In this document: positions 21,270 to 31,152 of the stretch, one piece after another
Layout of the letters: every line of letters begins with the position of its first letter
Numbering within the stretch: the stretch's first letter is position 1
NCBI GenBank assembly: GCA_038064915.1
Contig: JBBTSB010000003.1
Span: forward strand, 13,395 to 77,394
Direction: 5' to 3'
Length of the DNA stretch: 64,000 nucleotides
Source of the DNA: Patescibacteria group bacterium
GTDB lineage: Bacteria; Patescibacteriota; Minisyncoccia; 2-02-FULL-40-12; IGHO2-01-FULL-4-A
Translations under genes and position numbers: made by a program
Notes under the pieces: generated by a model
The model's database searches: none
What the model was told of the DNA's origin: nothing
The model's input: only the letters and a program-made list of their open reading frames with translations

Positions 21270-22902
21270 CATACCGGTTCTCTGCGCTATCTTTTTTGGA
21301 GCGTTCATGATGACGCCGTTTTTAGCACAGCGCATACATCTGGGTGATCAGTTTCAGGGACTCTATCAACCGGTTGCGAATGATACCTATTTTTACATGT
21401 CACGGATTCAAGATGCTCTTGATGGTCATCCTTTTTTGAGCAATAGCTATCTTTGGGAGCACAAGGACGGTCTGCCACAACAGCTTTTTTTGGCGGAGAA
21501 TGTATTAGCGCGACCGCTTGCGTTATTTAACCTCACAACACAACAAGGAATCGTGCTCTATACTGGTATTCTCAATGGCATAATATTCCTTCTTTTCTAC
21601 AGAGTACTGTACGCGATGAGCAGGTCGCGTTCAGTTTCAATTATGGGAAGTTTTGTATTTCTTGTTGGCCTTTTTGTTTTTAAATTTCTTCGCCCAGTAA
21701 GTCCTCAATTTAATTTTATTTTTTTTCTCACACAGTTTTTGTTTCTTTGGAAATGTATTCAATTCGACGCACGTACGAAGTGGTTCGTGCTGTGTGGTTT
21801 GAATTTGGGCCTCCTTGTTTATATCTATCCTTATTACTGGACGTTTTTCCTGCTCTTGATTATTTTCTTGCTGATAAAAGAGAGAAAACTTTTTATTTCT
21901 CTGTGTGTTGCGGCACTTGTCGGAGTTCCCTATGTTATTCTGGCGATCAAAGCCTCACATTTGCTTGAATACAGCGAAACGCTTACACGATTGGGAATGA
22001 TCGCTACACGATTTCCCTCTGGTATCGAAATTCTGATTGTTTGCACCCTCCTTGTGGTGCTATTTTGGTTTTGTGTGCGCATGGGTCTTGTATCGGCAGA
22101 TCGTAAAATATGGTTTTTTATTCTTGCTCTTGTTGCCAGCGTCGCCGTGATGAACCAGCACGTGATTACCAATAAGAACCTGGAATTTTCCTCGCACTAT
22201 TATTTGGGTGGAATGACGACGGCTTTTTTTGCAACTATATATATTCTCTATAACGCGAAATTTTCTTTTTCGCGCCGAGCACTACTCATGAGGACTCTTG
22301 CGGTCTTGTCGCTGGTGATTATTTTGCGAGGTGCGATCGGATTTAGTAAGGATATCGCTGATACTCCACCAAATTTCCAATTACAGTCTTATGCCCCTAT
22401 ACTCCAATGGCTTCGTCAAAACACCATTCCGGAATCAGTGGTGTATTCAAATGAGGAATTGTCCACGATCATTCCCGCGTACACTTCCAATAATGTTTAT
22501 TTTGCCCGGAATGCAAATCTTTTTTTCCTTTCTGACGCCGAAACAATTGATCGGGCCTTAATTGGTCACTATTTTGATACGATTGATACGCAATGGGTTC
22601 ATGACCACGTTCGTGAATTATATGGCGTACGCTACCAGGATATCTACGGGCATCTTGTACAAGAGAACAAGTTGCGCAAGCTTTTACGCCTACCTCAAAA
22701 AACTGCCATCATGCTTCCCGACGAAGCGATAGAGCGTGTTGTGACCCGAGCTCAGCACATCCAAGCAATGGGTTTTCAGAAAGCCCTCCAGCACTATCGT
22801 GTTGATTATGTAATTTCGGAATCAATTCGCAATCCGGAGTTCATGAAACCGGTAGCTACCGTAGGAACGTTCACGATATTTCAGGTTTCTTTCGGGCGAT
22901 AA
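21250..22902 (+). CDS. polytopic membrane protein (possible GT-C-fold glycosyltransferase/polymerase)
   Basis: The 550-aa product has about 10 hydrophobic segments N-terminally and a soluble C-terminal domain. It lies in a glycan locus. No diagnostic motif was seen. Confidence 0.45.
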   Translation: MKIVYASIPVLCAIFFGAFMMTPFLAQRIHLGDQFQGLYQPVANDTYFYMSRIQDALDGHPFLSNSYLWEHKDGLPQQLFLAENVLARPLALFNLTTQQGIVLYTGILNGIIFLLFYRVLYAMSRSRSVSIMGSFVFLVGLFVFKFLRPVSPQFNFIFFLTQFLFLWKCIQFDARTKWFVLCGLNLGLLVYIYPYYWTFFLLLIIFLLIKERKLFISLCVAALVGVPYVILAIKASHLLEYSETLTRLGMIATRFPSGIEILIVCTLLVVLFWFCVRMGLVSADRKIWFFILALVASVAVMNQHVITNKNLEFSSHYYLGGMTTAFFATIYILYNAKFSFSRRALLMRTLAVLSLVIILRGAIGFSKDIADTPPNFQLQSYAPILQWLRQNTIPESVVYSNEELSTIIPAYTSNNVYFARNANLFFLSDAETIDRALIGHYFDTIDTQWVHDHVRELYGVRYQDIYGHLVQENKLRKLLRLPQKTAIMLPDEAIERVVTRAQHIQAMGFQKALQHYRVDYVISESIRNPEFMKPVATVGTFTIFQVSFGR

Positions 22903-23749
22903 GAAAAAAATTGTCGTAAAGATTTATAGGTATGGCAATTTTATTGAGTTGCGATGCTTGTGTTCGATCCGCAAGCTTAACAATAGCTGGACTTTTCCAC
23001 CAATTTCCGAGCATCTGCAATATATATGGGAGAGTGAATTTTTTCCCTATTTTTTTATGCATCATCACTTCAAAGCCCAGTGATGGTAATATCTTTTTCA
23101 TGGTGTACGGACTAAAGAAATAAAGATGTTCCGGAGGCACGACAAGGTGCCAGTGAGTTTTCAGTATGCGAGATAGGGCACTACCTCCGTGTGGTGTGTT
23201 GATTGCTAGTACGCCCCCGGGCTTTAGAATTTTTTGTATGTATTGGAGAGTTGCATTCGGATTTGGTACGTGTTCAATGACGTCCCATGCCGTCACTACG
23301 TCCAATGAGTTTGCGGGTATATTTTGTTCTTCAACGATACCGGTGGCCACCGATATTCCCTTAGCGCGAGCAAGTGATGCCGCATAATCGGATATTTCCA
23401 CACCCTGGGTTTTCCATCCGCGCTGACGAGCCAAGTCTAGAAAAAATCCTGTGGCCGCCCCTAGGTCAAGCATCGTACCCCGGGCAGGAATGATTTTTTC
23501 GATTTCATCAAGATATTTCAAAAAAGCGCTTCGCATAGGTTCTTTATCTCGCTCGTAATCTACATAGCCAAACCCCTCCTTCGCGCCGTAAAAGTAGGAT
23601 TTGTTGTAGAGTGTTGTGGTCTGGGAAGGTAGAGGAGAAACAAAAATCAAATCACACGCTTGGCACCGGTAGAGATCGTATGAATCTTTTGTTCCCCACA
23701 GTGTCGTGGCGTCAGCTTGACATACGTGGCAGATAGGAGATGTTTGCAC
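22871..23749 (-). CDS. class I SAM-dependent methyltransferase with N-terminal C4 zinc ribbon
   Basis: 'CHVCQ...CQAC' sits at the N-terminus and 'LDLGAATG' is SAM motif I. Confidence 0.75.
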   Translation of the reverse strand: MQTSPICHVCQADATTLWGTKDSYDLYRCQACDLIFVSPLPSQTTTLYNKSYFYGAKEGFGYVDYERDKEPMRSAFLKYLDEIEKIIPARGTMLDLGAATGFFLDLARQRGWKTQGVEISDYAASLARAKGISVATGIVEEQNIPANSLDVVTAWDVIEHVPNPNATLQYIQKILKPGGVLAINTPHGGSALSRILKTHWHLVVPPEHLYFFSPYTMKKILPSLGFEVMMHKKIGKKFTLPYILQMLGNWWKSPAIVKLADRTQASQLNKIAIPINLYDNFFLIARKKPEIS

Positions 23750-23848
23750 ACTGTTTACTATAGGTAACTTTTATTTTTCGGTCAAATACAGTCTATTGCT
23801 ATTTATCGCAAGATGTGGTTTGATTGTTGGTACGGAAAGGAGGGCGAA

Positions 23849-24427
23849 ATGGATCGCCTTCTGAAGTTTTGGGAAGTGTCGGACCGGCCGCCACAGGGGC
23901 GTGTCGATCTGGTCGTCGGATTTACCCTCCCGCAGAATAAAGTAGGGGGAGTGAGTGGGGTTCTCGAAAACCTGATTCAAACCGTGGCCCGTGAGTATCA
24001 CCGATCGGGACGCGGGACGAAGGTACAGCTCGAGAACCGGTTTCCTGTTGCGGGAACCATCCTTGGAGAGGTGGCTCGCAAGCGTGCTCGGGAACTGCGG
24101 ATTCGCGCGGAAGATCTTCTCGTGTGCCCCAAGTACATTCCGCTCGAACGTATCCGCAACACATTTGCGGAAGCAGTTCTGGCGGTCGAGCTCACGGACC
24201 AGCCATATCGCGTCCTTATCGTCGCGAACCATTTGCACATGCGGCGGGCAAGGAAAGCGATGCGAAGGGCCACGTCCAGTTACGCGTGTGAGCTTTTCTG
24301 GGTGAGTGCCCGGGACCTGTCGGCCTATGGGCCAAATCACGCGCAGCCGAGCTTCCGGCACCCACTGTTGTTCTGTATTCAGGAGATCTGCGCCCTGGTG
24401 TACTCCAAGATTCGGGGTTGGGCGTAG
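23849..24427 (+). CDS. DUF218 (YdcF/ElyC/SanA-like) domain protein on GC-rich island
   Basis: 'AGGAGG' precedes the ATG at 23849. 'RVDLVVGFT', 'KYIPLE.IRNT' and 'VANHLHMRRA' resemble DUF218. Local GC is about 58-60%. Confidence 0.5.
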   Translation: MDRLLKFWEVSDRPPQGRVDLVVGFTLPQNKVGGVSGVLENLIQTVAREYHRSGRGTKVQLENRFPVAGTILGEVARKRARELRIRAEDLLVCPKYIPLERIRNTFAEAVLAVELTDQPYRVLIVANHLHMRRARKAMRRATSSYACELFWVSARDLSAYGPNHAQPSFRHPLLFCIQEICALVYSKIRGWA

Positions 24428-24467
24428 ATTTTTTTTGCGATTTTCCAAAAATAGTTTAGTATACAGT

Positions 24468-25178
24468 ATGCTTTCCACGTGCATCATTATCCCCACACTT
24501 CGCGAGCGGAATAATTTACTTAAACTGACTCCTGTTGTATTTCAACATGTACCGCAGGCGGCTTTGTTAATTGTGGATGATGATTCTCGAGATGGTACGC
24601 GTGAGCTAATTGATAATTTTCAAAAACAACATCAAAATCTGCACCTCCTTGAGCGTCACGACAAGCGTGGTTATGGGTATGCTATCATAGCCGGTCTTGC
24701 ATGGGCGCATACAAGGGGATTTGATAAGGTGGTTACCATGGATGCTGATTTTTCCCACGACCCCAAAGAAATTCCAGCAATGTTGGATAAACTGTATCAA
24801 CACGATGTTGTCATTGGCTCACGGTATGTTCCAGGTGGGGGGATCGAACGCTGGTCTATTCATCGGCGCCTCTTGAGCTGGTTTGCCCAGAGATATGTCC
24901 GATTTATTTTGGGGACCCATTTTCATGATAGTACGACAGGGTTTGTAGGATACAGCAAAAAAGCCATTGTTTATCTTCTTGCACACGGACCGAAATCAGA
25001 AGGATATTCCTTTTTGTTGGAATGTAAACACATTCTCCAGCGTGCTGGACATACAATCGCTGAACATCCAATCATTTACACCGGGCGGCGCGAAGAACAG
25101 TCAAAAATGTCATGGAAAAATATCTGGGAATCCATCTGGTTGCCCTGGAGGTTGCGTTTTGATAGACTGAAAAGATGA
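24468..25178 (+). CDS. GT2 polyprenol-phosphate hexosyltransferase (DPM1/ArnC-like)
   Basis: 'IIIPTLRE', 'LIVDDDSRDGT' and the 'DADFSHDP' DxD region match the family. Confidence 0.75.
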   Translation: MLSTCIIIPTLRERNNLLKLTPVVFQHVPQAALLIVDDDSRDGTRELIDNFQKQHQNLHLLERHDKRGYGYAIIAGLAWAHTRGFDKVVTMDADFSHDPKEIPAMLDKLYQHDVVIGSRYVPGGGIERWSIHRRLLSWFAQRYVRFILGTHFHDSTTGFVGYSKKAIVYLLAHGPKSEGYSFLLECKHILQRAGHTIAEHPIIYTGRREEQSKMSWKNIWESIWLPWRLRFDRLKR

Positions 25179-27409
25179 CTTCGCAGCAATTGGAAAAGAT
25201 CGTCCGGTGGGGGATCTACTCGTGCGCGCTCATTCCCCTGATTATTTTTAAAGAATTTTTCTCGCCATTTCATTTTGGCAAAGTTGTCGTGTTTCGAACG
25301 CTGATTGAAATCCTCCTTGTATTCTATGTCGCGTTGGTTCTCAAAGATAGAAGTTTTTTGCCCAAACCAACAAAGCTTTTCTGGGCCATCACGATCTTTA
25401 CTGGTGTCTTCGGTTTGACGTCGCTGACCGGCGTGTATCCGTATCAGAGCATCATGGGAACCCTGGAGCGTATGGGAGGGTGGTTTTCATTTCTCCATTT
25501 TTGGGCGATGTTTGTAATGATGATTTCGGTCTTGCGAACCAAGGAACAATGGCTGACACTGGTGAAAATTTCCGTCGTGGCAAGTTTACTTTCCACGGTC
25601 TACGGTTTTTTGCAAAAGACAACTGTTTCTTGGGTAGTTGGAGCCACGGGACGTGAGCGTATTTTCGGCGCACTCGGCAACACAGCGCTTTTTGCCGGAT
25701 ACACATTGGTGAATGTATTTCTTGGTATACTCTTGACCATACACACCCCTAAAGCAGAACGCTGGCTCTATGGATCAATATCTCTGATAAATACTATCGC
25801 AGTTTTCATGACCGTAGTTCGCGGTTCGTTGTTGGGTATCGTGGTGTCCTTGGGGGTATTTGGGGTACTGTATCTTTTCAGCGGCACGTCTCGAAAATCC
25901 CTTGGCTACGGTTTGCTCGGCGTCATCGCCGTCATCATGTTCCTCGAAGTAATATTGATCAGTAGCCGTGATAGCACTTGGGTAAAGCAAAGTAATTTCT
26001 TTTCCCGTCTCGCCAATGTTTCTGCTAGTGGGAAAACCGTACAAACCCGACTCTGGGCATGGCAGGCGGGAATCGACGGGTGGAACGACAACGCCAAAAC
26101 GATGTTGTTTGGCTGGGGACCGGAAAATTTCAACGTGCCTTTTTCAAAACACTTTAACCCAAAGTTTTTTGCGGGAATCGGTTCAGAGACGCTGTTTGAC
26201 CGTGCTCACAATATGTTCGTAGAGGTGCTCGTGACCATGGGATTGATAGGTATCATATCGTACCTTGGTATATTTGCCGTGATGTTTTGGATGGCATGGA
26301 AACTATATCGAGGTCCGGACCATTCCCGGCGGTTGACCGGAGCGGTCGTATTCGCAGGGTTGATAGGGTACTGCATCCACAACGCTTTTATTTTTGACAC
26401 TTCGGGGAATTTTATCGCGTTCTTTATTTTCGCAGGTTTTTTGTACTTTTTTGGCACTCATACGCCTGTTGCCGTTTCCGTCGCGCAGAGCAAAGCACTC
26501 CCCACATCATTGCGTTATTCTGTCCTCATGCTTCTTTCGATTCTCGTCCTCGTTTCCATTTATCAAACCAATATCTTGCCTGCCCGTGCGAACTATGCGG
26601 GGACGCGCGCCGTTGTCGCTTCGTGGTCGGATGATCATGCTACGTCGGTCAAAAAATTCCAGGAATCACTTGAGTATGATACCTTTTTAAACTACGAGCT
26701 TCGACATCGCTTTACCCAGTATGTGCTGGAAAACTATGGTAAATTCTCCGCCAAGGGTATTGACCCGGGGAAGACACTGGTGGCTGTGGCAGAGGAAGTG
26801 AAGAAAAACTTTTCTTCGCCGATGGACTACCTGCCCTACCTCTATGTGAGCAGAACGTACATTGTATTGGGAAAGAGCGATCCGGCTTCTCCCTTCAACG
26901 ATCTTGCCGTAGAAAACAGTCTCAAGGCGTTGGAGATTTCTCCCACGTTCGTACGTTCCTACTATGAACTTGCTCAGGCATATCTAAACAAAGAAGATTA
27001 CCCCAAGGCCATTGCGGCATTTCAAAAGGCGGCTGAACTCAATCCCGACGTTCCTGTTTCTTGGTGGTACTTGGGGGCGACACAACTTGATGGACATGAC
27101 TTCACCAACGGCCTTGCGTCGATTCGCAAAGCTGCGGAGCTGGGTTATCGTCTGAGCGAAAATGATCTCCTGCATCTTGTTGGTCCTCTTCTGGAAGCGA
27201 AGCGCTACGCTGAAGTCGTCGATATTCTCGGGGATTTACTCAAGCTCCAGCCGAACAATCCCTCCTACCACGCTCGACTCGCTGCCGTTTATGCGGAAAT
27301 GGGAAGAATTACCGATGCAGTCCGCGAGGCAAAGCGAGCCGCGGAACTAGACTCTTCATTCGAGGCCGAAGCCCGAGCATTTGTCCAAAAAATCGGCGGG
27401 ACGTGGTAG
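25175..27409 (+). CDS. O-antigen ligase (Wzy_C) domain membrane protein with C-terminal TPR repeats
   Basis: About 10 TM segments precede a C-terminal TPR-like region ('AQAYLNKEDYPKAIAAFQKAAELNP'). Confidence 0.7.
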   Translation: MTSQQLEKIVRWGIYSCALIPLIIFKEFFSPFHFGKVVVFRTLIEILLVFYVALVLKDRSFLPKPTKLFWAITIFTGVFGLTSLTGVYPYQSIMGTLERMGGWFSFLHFWAMFVMMISVLRTKEQWLTLVKISVVASLLSTVYGFLQKTTVSWVVGATGRERIFGALGNTALFAGYTLVNVFLGILLTIHTPKAERWLYGSISLINTIAVFMTVVRGSLLGIVVSLGVFGVLYLFSGTSRKSLGYGLLGVIAVIMFLEVILISSRDSTWVKQSNFFSRLANVSASGKTVQTRLWAWQAGIDGWNDNAKTMLFGWGPENFNVPFSKHFNPKFFAGIGSETLFDRAHNMFVEVLVTMGLIGIISYLGIFAVMFWMAWKLYRGPDHSRRLTGAVVFAGLIGYCIHNAFIFDTSGNFIAFFIFAGFLYFFGTHTPVAVSVAQSKALPTSLRYSVLMLLSILVLVSIYQTNILPARANYAGTRAVVASWSDDHATSVKKFQESLEYDTFLNYELRHRFTQYVLENYGKFSAKGIDPGKTLVAVAEEVKKNFSSPMDYLPYLYVSRTYIVLGKSDPASPFNDLAVENSLKALEISPTFVRSYYELAQAYLNKEDYPKAIAAFQKAAELNPDVPVSWWYLGATQLDGHDFTNGLASIRKAAELGYRLSENDLLHLVGPLLEAKRYAEVVDILGDLLKLQPNNPSYHARLAAVYAEMGRITDAVREAKRAAELDSSFEAEARAFVQKIGGTW

Positions 27410-27414
27410 GTGGG

Positions 27415-27448
27415 AAGTTTAACGTTGCAAGTTTAAAAGTTTAAAGTT
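27415..27448 (+). repeat. left arm of inverted repeat (AAGTTTAAA(A)-word tandem)
   Basis: AAGTTTAAAAGTTTAAAGTT has a reverse-complement partner at 28888-28919. Confidence 0.5.
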
Positions 27449-27453
27449 GCGGA

Positions 27454-27843
27454 ATGGCGACTATTACAAAATTTGAAGATTTGATTTGCTGGCAGAAAGC
27501 ACGGGAACTTACCAGGGGAATATATCATGCACTTCTAAATTGCCGGGATTACGGGTTCCGAGATCAAATCCAGCGAGCCGTTGTTTCGATCTTGAGCAAC
27601 ATTGCCGAAGGTTTTGAGCGTGGGACACGTGATGAGTTTATCAATTACCTTTTTATTGCAAAAGGATCGGCCGGAGAAGTTCGCGCTCAATTATATGTGG
27701 CATTGGATGCTGGATATATTGATAAAAACGTGTTTGAGATTTTAACAAATTTGACAATGGACTGCTCTCGTCTCACTCACAAACTTGCAATGAGCATTCG
27801 GTCCAGTGCCGTTCGAGGACATCAATTCAAAAGGGAAATCTGA
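27454..27843 (+). CDS. four-helix-bundle protein (TIGR02436, '23S rRNA intervening-sequence protein' family)
   Basis: 'LTRGIYH', 'ILSNIAEGFERG' and 'YL.IAKGSAGEV' are characteristic of the family. Confidence 0.6.
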   Translation: MATITKFEDLICWQKARELTRGIYHALLNCRDYGFRDQIQRAVVSILSNIAEGFERGTRDEFINYLFIAKGSAGEVRAQLYVALDAGYIDKNVFEILTNLTMDCSRLTHKLAMSIRSSAVRGHQFKREI

Positions 27844-27848
27844 ATACT

Positions 27849-28289
27849 ATGGAACCAGGCATTGATTACATCGGAGTTGGTGTCGGAGCACTTATCGTCA
27901 ATGAGAAAGATGAGACCTTGCTCATGAAGCGCGGTCCCAAAAGTCGTAATTTAATTGACTACTGGAATAAACCAGGGGGCGTGCTTGAATTTGGAGAAAA
28001 TCCTGATGATGCTGTTTATCGTGAAGTTTTCGAAGAAATGGGAGTCGAGATTGAGATTTTGGGGAAGCTGGAATCTACAGCAAGTTTTCTACAAAAAGAA
28101 AAGCAACACTAGGTGTCATTGCAGTATGTTTGTCGTATTACCAAAGGAACACCAACAATCATGGAACCCGACAAAATGGACGAGATAGGATGGTTTCCAC
28201 TTGCGAAATTACCGGAACCTAATGCACCGAACCTCATATCCATCGCTCAAAATTATCTCCGAGAAAAAAGTAAATTTTGGAAACTATAG
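27849..28289 (+). pseudogene. NUDIX hydrolase with in-frame TAG at 28110-28112
   Basis: The Nudix box 'GGVLEFGENPDDAVYREVFEEMG' lies upstream of the TAG. The same frame continues with a conserved C-terminal region ('VSLQYVCRITKGTP...WFPL..LP') up to the TAG at 28287-28289. Confidence 0.6.
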
Positions 28290-28293
28290 CTCA

Positions 28294-28893
28294 ATGAAAC
28301 TCATCATTTTTGATTTTGATGGCGTGATTGCCGACTCATTCCAGATTTGCTTGGATGCTATCAGAATGTTTCTACCGCACATGACTGCCGACAGGTACCG
28401 ATTGGCTTTTAGCGGTAATATCCGAGATGCCGAATGGCGCAAGACAACTAAGATTGATGAATCCGTGTATTATGCCTCCTATGACCCAGCGTTACTGAGT
28501 TCGAAGCCCTTTGACGGTATGTCGCAAGTTGTACGAGAACTTGCAAAAAGCTATCGCTTATCCATCGTTTCTTCCACACCTGCTCCTGTCATTCGAGAGT
28601 ATCTGAGTAAAAATGAAATGGATGTTTTTGAAAAAGTTCTCGGCCACGAGACGCACCAGTACAAAGACGTAAAGATACAGTTGATTTTGGACGATGCAAA
28701 ATCAGACACGAAAGACGCTGTGTTAGTAACCGATACCCTTGGCGATATTCTGGAAGCTCGCAAAATTGGCCTTGAAGCCATAGCCGTTACCTGGGGATTT
28801 CAACGTAAAGAAACTTTAATGGAAGGCAATCCCAAAATGCTTGTTGAAGCCCCGAAGCAATTATTGGAGAGTATCAATTTTTCTGCGCTTTAA
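28294..28893 (+). CDS. HAD-superfamily hydrolase (PGP-like phosphatase)
   Basis: 'LIIFDFDGV' is the DxD motif I and a C-terminal 'DT.GD' motif is present. Confidence 0.7.
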   Translation: MKLIIFDFDGVIADSFQICLDAIRMFLPHMTADRYRLAFSGNIRDAEWRKTTKIDESVYYASYDPALLSSKPFDGMSQVVRELAKSYRLSIVSSTPAPVIREYLSKNEMDVFEKVLGHETHQYKDVKIQLILDDAKSDTKDAVLVTDTLGDILEARKIGLEAIAVTWGFQRKETLMEGNPKMLVEAPKQLLESINFSAL

Positions 28894-28919
28894 ACATTAG
28901 ACTTTTAAACTTTAAACTT
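28888..28919 (+). repeat. right arm of inverted repeat
   Basis: GACTTTTAAACTTTAAACTT is the reverse complement of AAGTTTAAAGTTTAAAAGTC, matching the left arm in about 18 of 20 positions. Confidence 0.5.
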
Positions 28920-28922
28920 GAT

Positions 28923-30230
28923 TCAGCGTCCCGATTGGCGGAGGATGATATTGATCGTGCGGAGGATGATACCGATATCCAAGAGGAGGGATCGGTTTTT
29001 GATGTAGTAGAGATCGTATTGCAATTTTTCTGCTGCGTCCTGCACGGAGGCTCCGTAGCGATACTTTAATTGTGCCCAGCCCATGAGCCCGGGCTTGATG
29101 AGATAGCGTTCATTGTAAAAGGGAATTTCACGATTCAGTTGTTCATGAAACTCCGGCCGCTCCGGACGCGGTCCCACTAGAGAGAGGTCGCCCTTGAAGA
29201 TGTTCCATAGCTGGGGAAGTTCGTCAATTCGTGTCTTGCGGAAGAATTTTCCCATTTTTGTGACGCGGGGATCATCTACTGCTGCCCAGACAGCCCCCTT
29301 CGTTTCGGCTTGCGGCACCATAGTGCGAAATTTTGTCACGGAAACAAGGTTTCCGGCCTTTCCTTTTCGGATTTGTCGGTAGAAAATATGATGTCGGATA
29401 GTTGCGGCTACCAAAAGCATCAACGGCAGAGTCACGATGCCGAGAAATATCGCTCCCACGATGTCTACCAGTCTCTTTCCCAACTCGTACCCGCGCCGGT
29501 TTCCACCACTCAAATTGTCCAAGAACCAGCTTTGATCGATGGCACTCAATGGAATTTTCCCAGTGACGCGCTCGGAAAATTTTGAAAGGTTGTAAAATTT
29601 CAGTTGCAAAGGCACAAGCCGATAGAGGACCTCAATAATATGCGGGATGGCGTATACTTCGCGGGCGATGACCAGAGTTTTTACCTCCTGTTCGAGGATT
29701 AGTTTTTCAAGTGTTCCTGCGGCCGCTTCATTTTGGATGTCGATAATGCCAAGTGCGTGGTAGCCGATTTGAGGATTGGCAAGCAAAAAATTATAGAGTT
29801 CCTGCGACTGGTCGCTCAACCCCACGATGAGCGTGTTGTTTCGGTATCCACCACTTACTAAAATGCGATTGTACAATGATCGCCATCCGACTCCCAACGC
29901 GCTGATGATGGCAAGGAAAATGAAGAGATTGGTTTTCGGCGCGATTTCCACAAACGGCATGAGGTAGAAGAATGCGATGGCGATGGCGATATTGATTGCA
30001 AGGGAATAAAAATACGAGGTGAAAAATTGCAGGCTGTTTTTCACGGTACTCAATTCGTAGAGGTTTGCGATGTAGAAAACCAAAATCCAAATCAGAAATA
30101 TGATCGTAAAGGGCAAGAGGTGGATACTAAAATTGCCCACGTAGCCCGACCCGTAGCGAATGACCAGCGTCAGGAAAAGTGCCAGGTAGAGCATCGCGAT
30201 GTCGCCCAGGAGAAGAATTGACTTTCGCAT
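28923..30230 (-). CDS. polyprenyl-phosphate glycosyl-1-phosphate transferase (bacterial sugar transferase, WbaP/PssY-like)
   Basis: The conserved C-terminal domain includes 'KRLVDIVGA', 'GPRPERPEF' and 'KPGLMGWAQ'. The likely start is the Met at 30230. Confidence 0.8.
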   Translation of the reverse strand: MRKSILLLGDIAMLYLALFLTLVIRYGSGYVGNFSIHLLPFTIIFLIWILVFYIANLYELSTVKNSLQFFTSYFYSLAINIAIAIAFFYLMPFVEIAPKTNLFIFLAIISALGVGWRSLYNRILVSGGYRNNTLIVGLSDQSQELYNFLLANPQIGYHALGIIDIQNEAAAGTLEKLILEQEVKTLVIAREVYAIPHIIEVLYRLVPLQLKFYNLSKFSERVTGKIPLSAIDQSWFLDNLSGGNRRGYELGKRLVDIVGAIFLGIVTLPLMLLVAATIRHHIFYRQIRKGKAGNLVSVTKFRTMVPQAETKGAVWAAVDDPRVTKMGKFFRKTRIDELPQLWNIFKGDLSLVGPRPERPEFHEQLNREIPFYNERYLIKPGLMGWAQLKYRYGASVQDAAEKLQYDLYYIKNRSLLLDIGIILRTINIILRQSGR

Positions 30231-30258
30231 GCGTTCATAATACAATAAAACAACAAAA

Positions 30259-31152
30259 ATGTCCACGATTTTAGTCACCGGCGGAGCCGGTTTTATAGGG
30301 AGCAATTTTATTCGTTCGCTACGCAATCAGCGAGTTATTAACGTCGACAAACTCACGTATGCGGCTCAAGTACGCAAAGGAGTCATTAAAGCGGACATAG
30401 CAAACAAATCTCAAATCGAAGCAATTTTCAAAAAATATAAACCAGATTACCTCGTCAACTTTGCCGCCGAAACACACGTCGATCGCAGTGTTCATGGCAA
30501 TACGGATGTATTTGTGCAGACAAACGTAAAAGGGGTGCATGTCCTGCTGGAAGCTTGTCGAAAGTATGGCATCAAAAAATACGTCCAGGTGAGCACGGAT
30601 GAAGTCTATGGTGATGTTGAAGTGAATTCCAAGAAAACGTTTACCGAAGCCGCAAAGCTTTCTCCTAGCTCTCCCTATTCAAGTACCAAGGCGGCCGGAG
30701 ATTTGCTTTGCTTGAGTTATCATCGGAGTTTTGGTGTGCCGGTCGTAGTGACGCGTGGGAGCAATACCTACGGTCCCTATCAGTATCCGGAAAAACTGAT
30801 TCCTTTTTTTGTGAAGCGGATGCTTGCAGGGAAAACCATGCCGCTCTATGGCGATGGCAAAAATACCCGCGATTGGCTTTTCGTGGAAGATCACTGTCGT
30901 GGTATAGAACTGGTATTAAAAAAAGGTAAGCCGGGAGAAATCTACAATATCAGTGCCGAGGAATATCATACAAATATTGACCTTGCGCGTCGCATCGGCG
31001 GCAAAATCGAATTTGTCACCGACCGTCCCGGTCATGATCGCAAGTACGCCCCGGACTCAAGTAAAATCCGTAAGCAGCTTGGCTGGAAACCCAAAGCGAA
31101 GTTTGACGAGGCATTGAAAGAAACGATAGAGTGGTACAAGAAAAATTTATGA
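30259..31152 (+). CDS. rfbB: dTDP-glucose 4,6-dehydratase
   Basis: '[14 protein letters not shown]' and the 'YSSTKAAGD' catalytic YxxxK motif are present. Confidence 0.85.
   Translation: MSTILVTGGAGFIGSNFIRSLRNQRVINVDKLTYAAQVRKGVIKADIANKSQIEAIFKKYKPDYLVNFAAETHVDRSVHGNTDVFVQTNVKGVHVLLEACRKYGIKKYVQVSTDEVYGDVEVNSKKTFTEAAKLSPSSPYSSTKAAGDLLCLSYHRSFGVPVVVTRGSNTYGPYQYPEKLIPFFVKRMLAGKTMPLYGDGKNTRDWLFVEDHCRGIELVLKKGKPGEIYNISAEEYHTNIDLARRIGGKIEFVTDRPGHDRKYAPDSSKIRKQLGWKPKAKFDEALKETIEWYKKNL

Noticed and set aside
23771-24496. 241-aa minus-strand ORF antisense to the DUF218 island gene
   Set aside because: This is a GC-rich antisense artefact. The plus-strand gene has AGGAGG plus ATG and family motifs.
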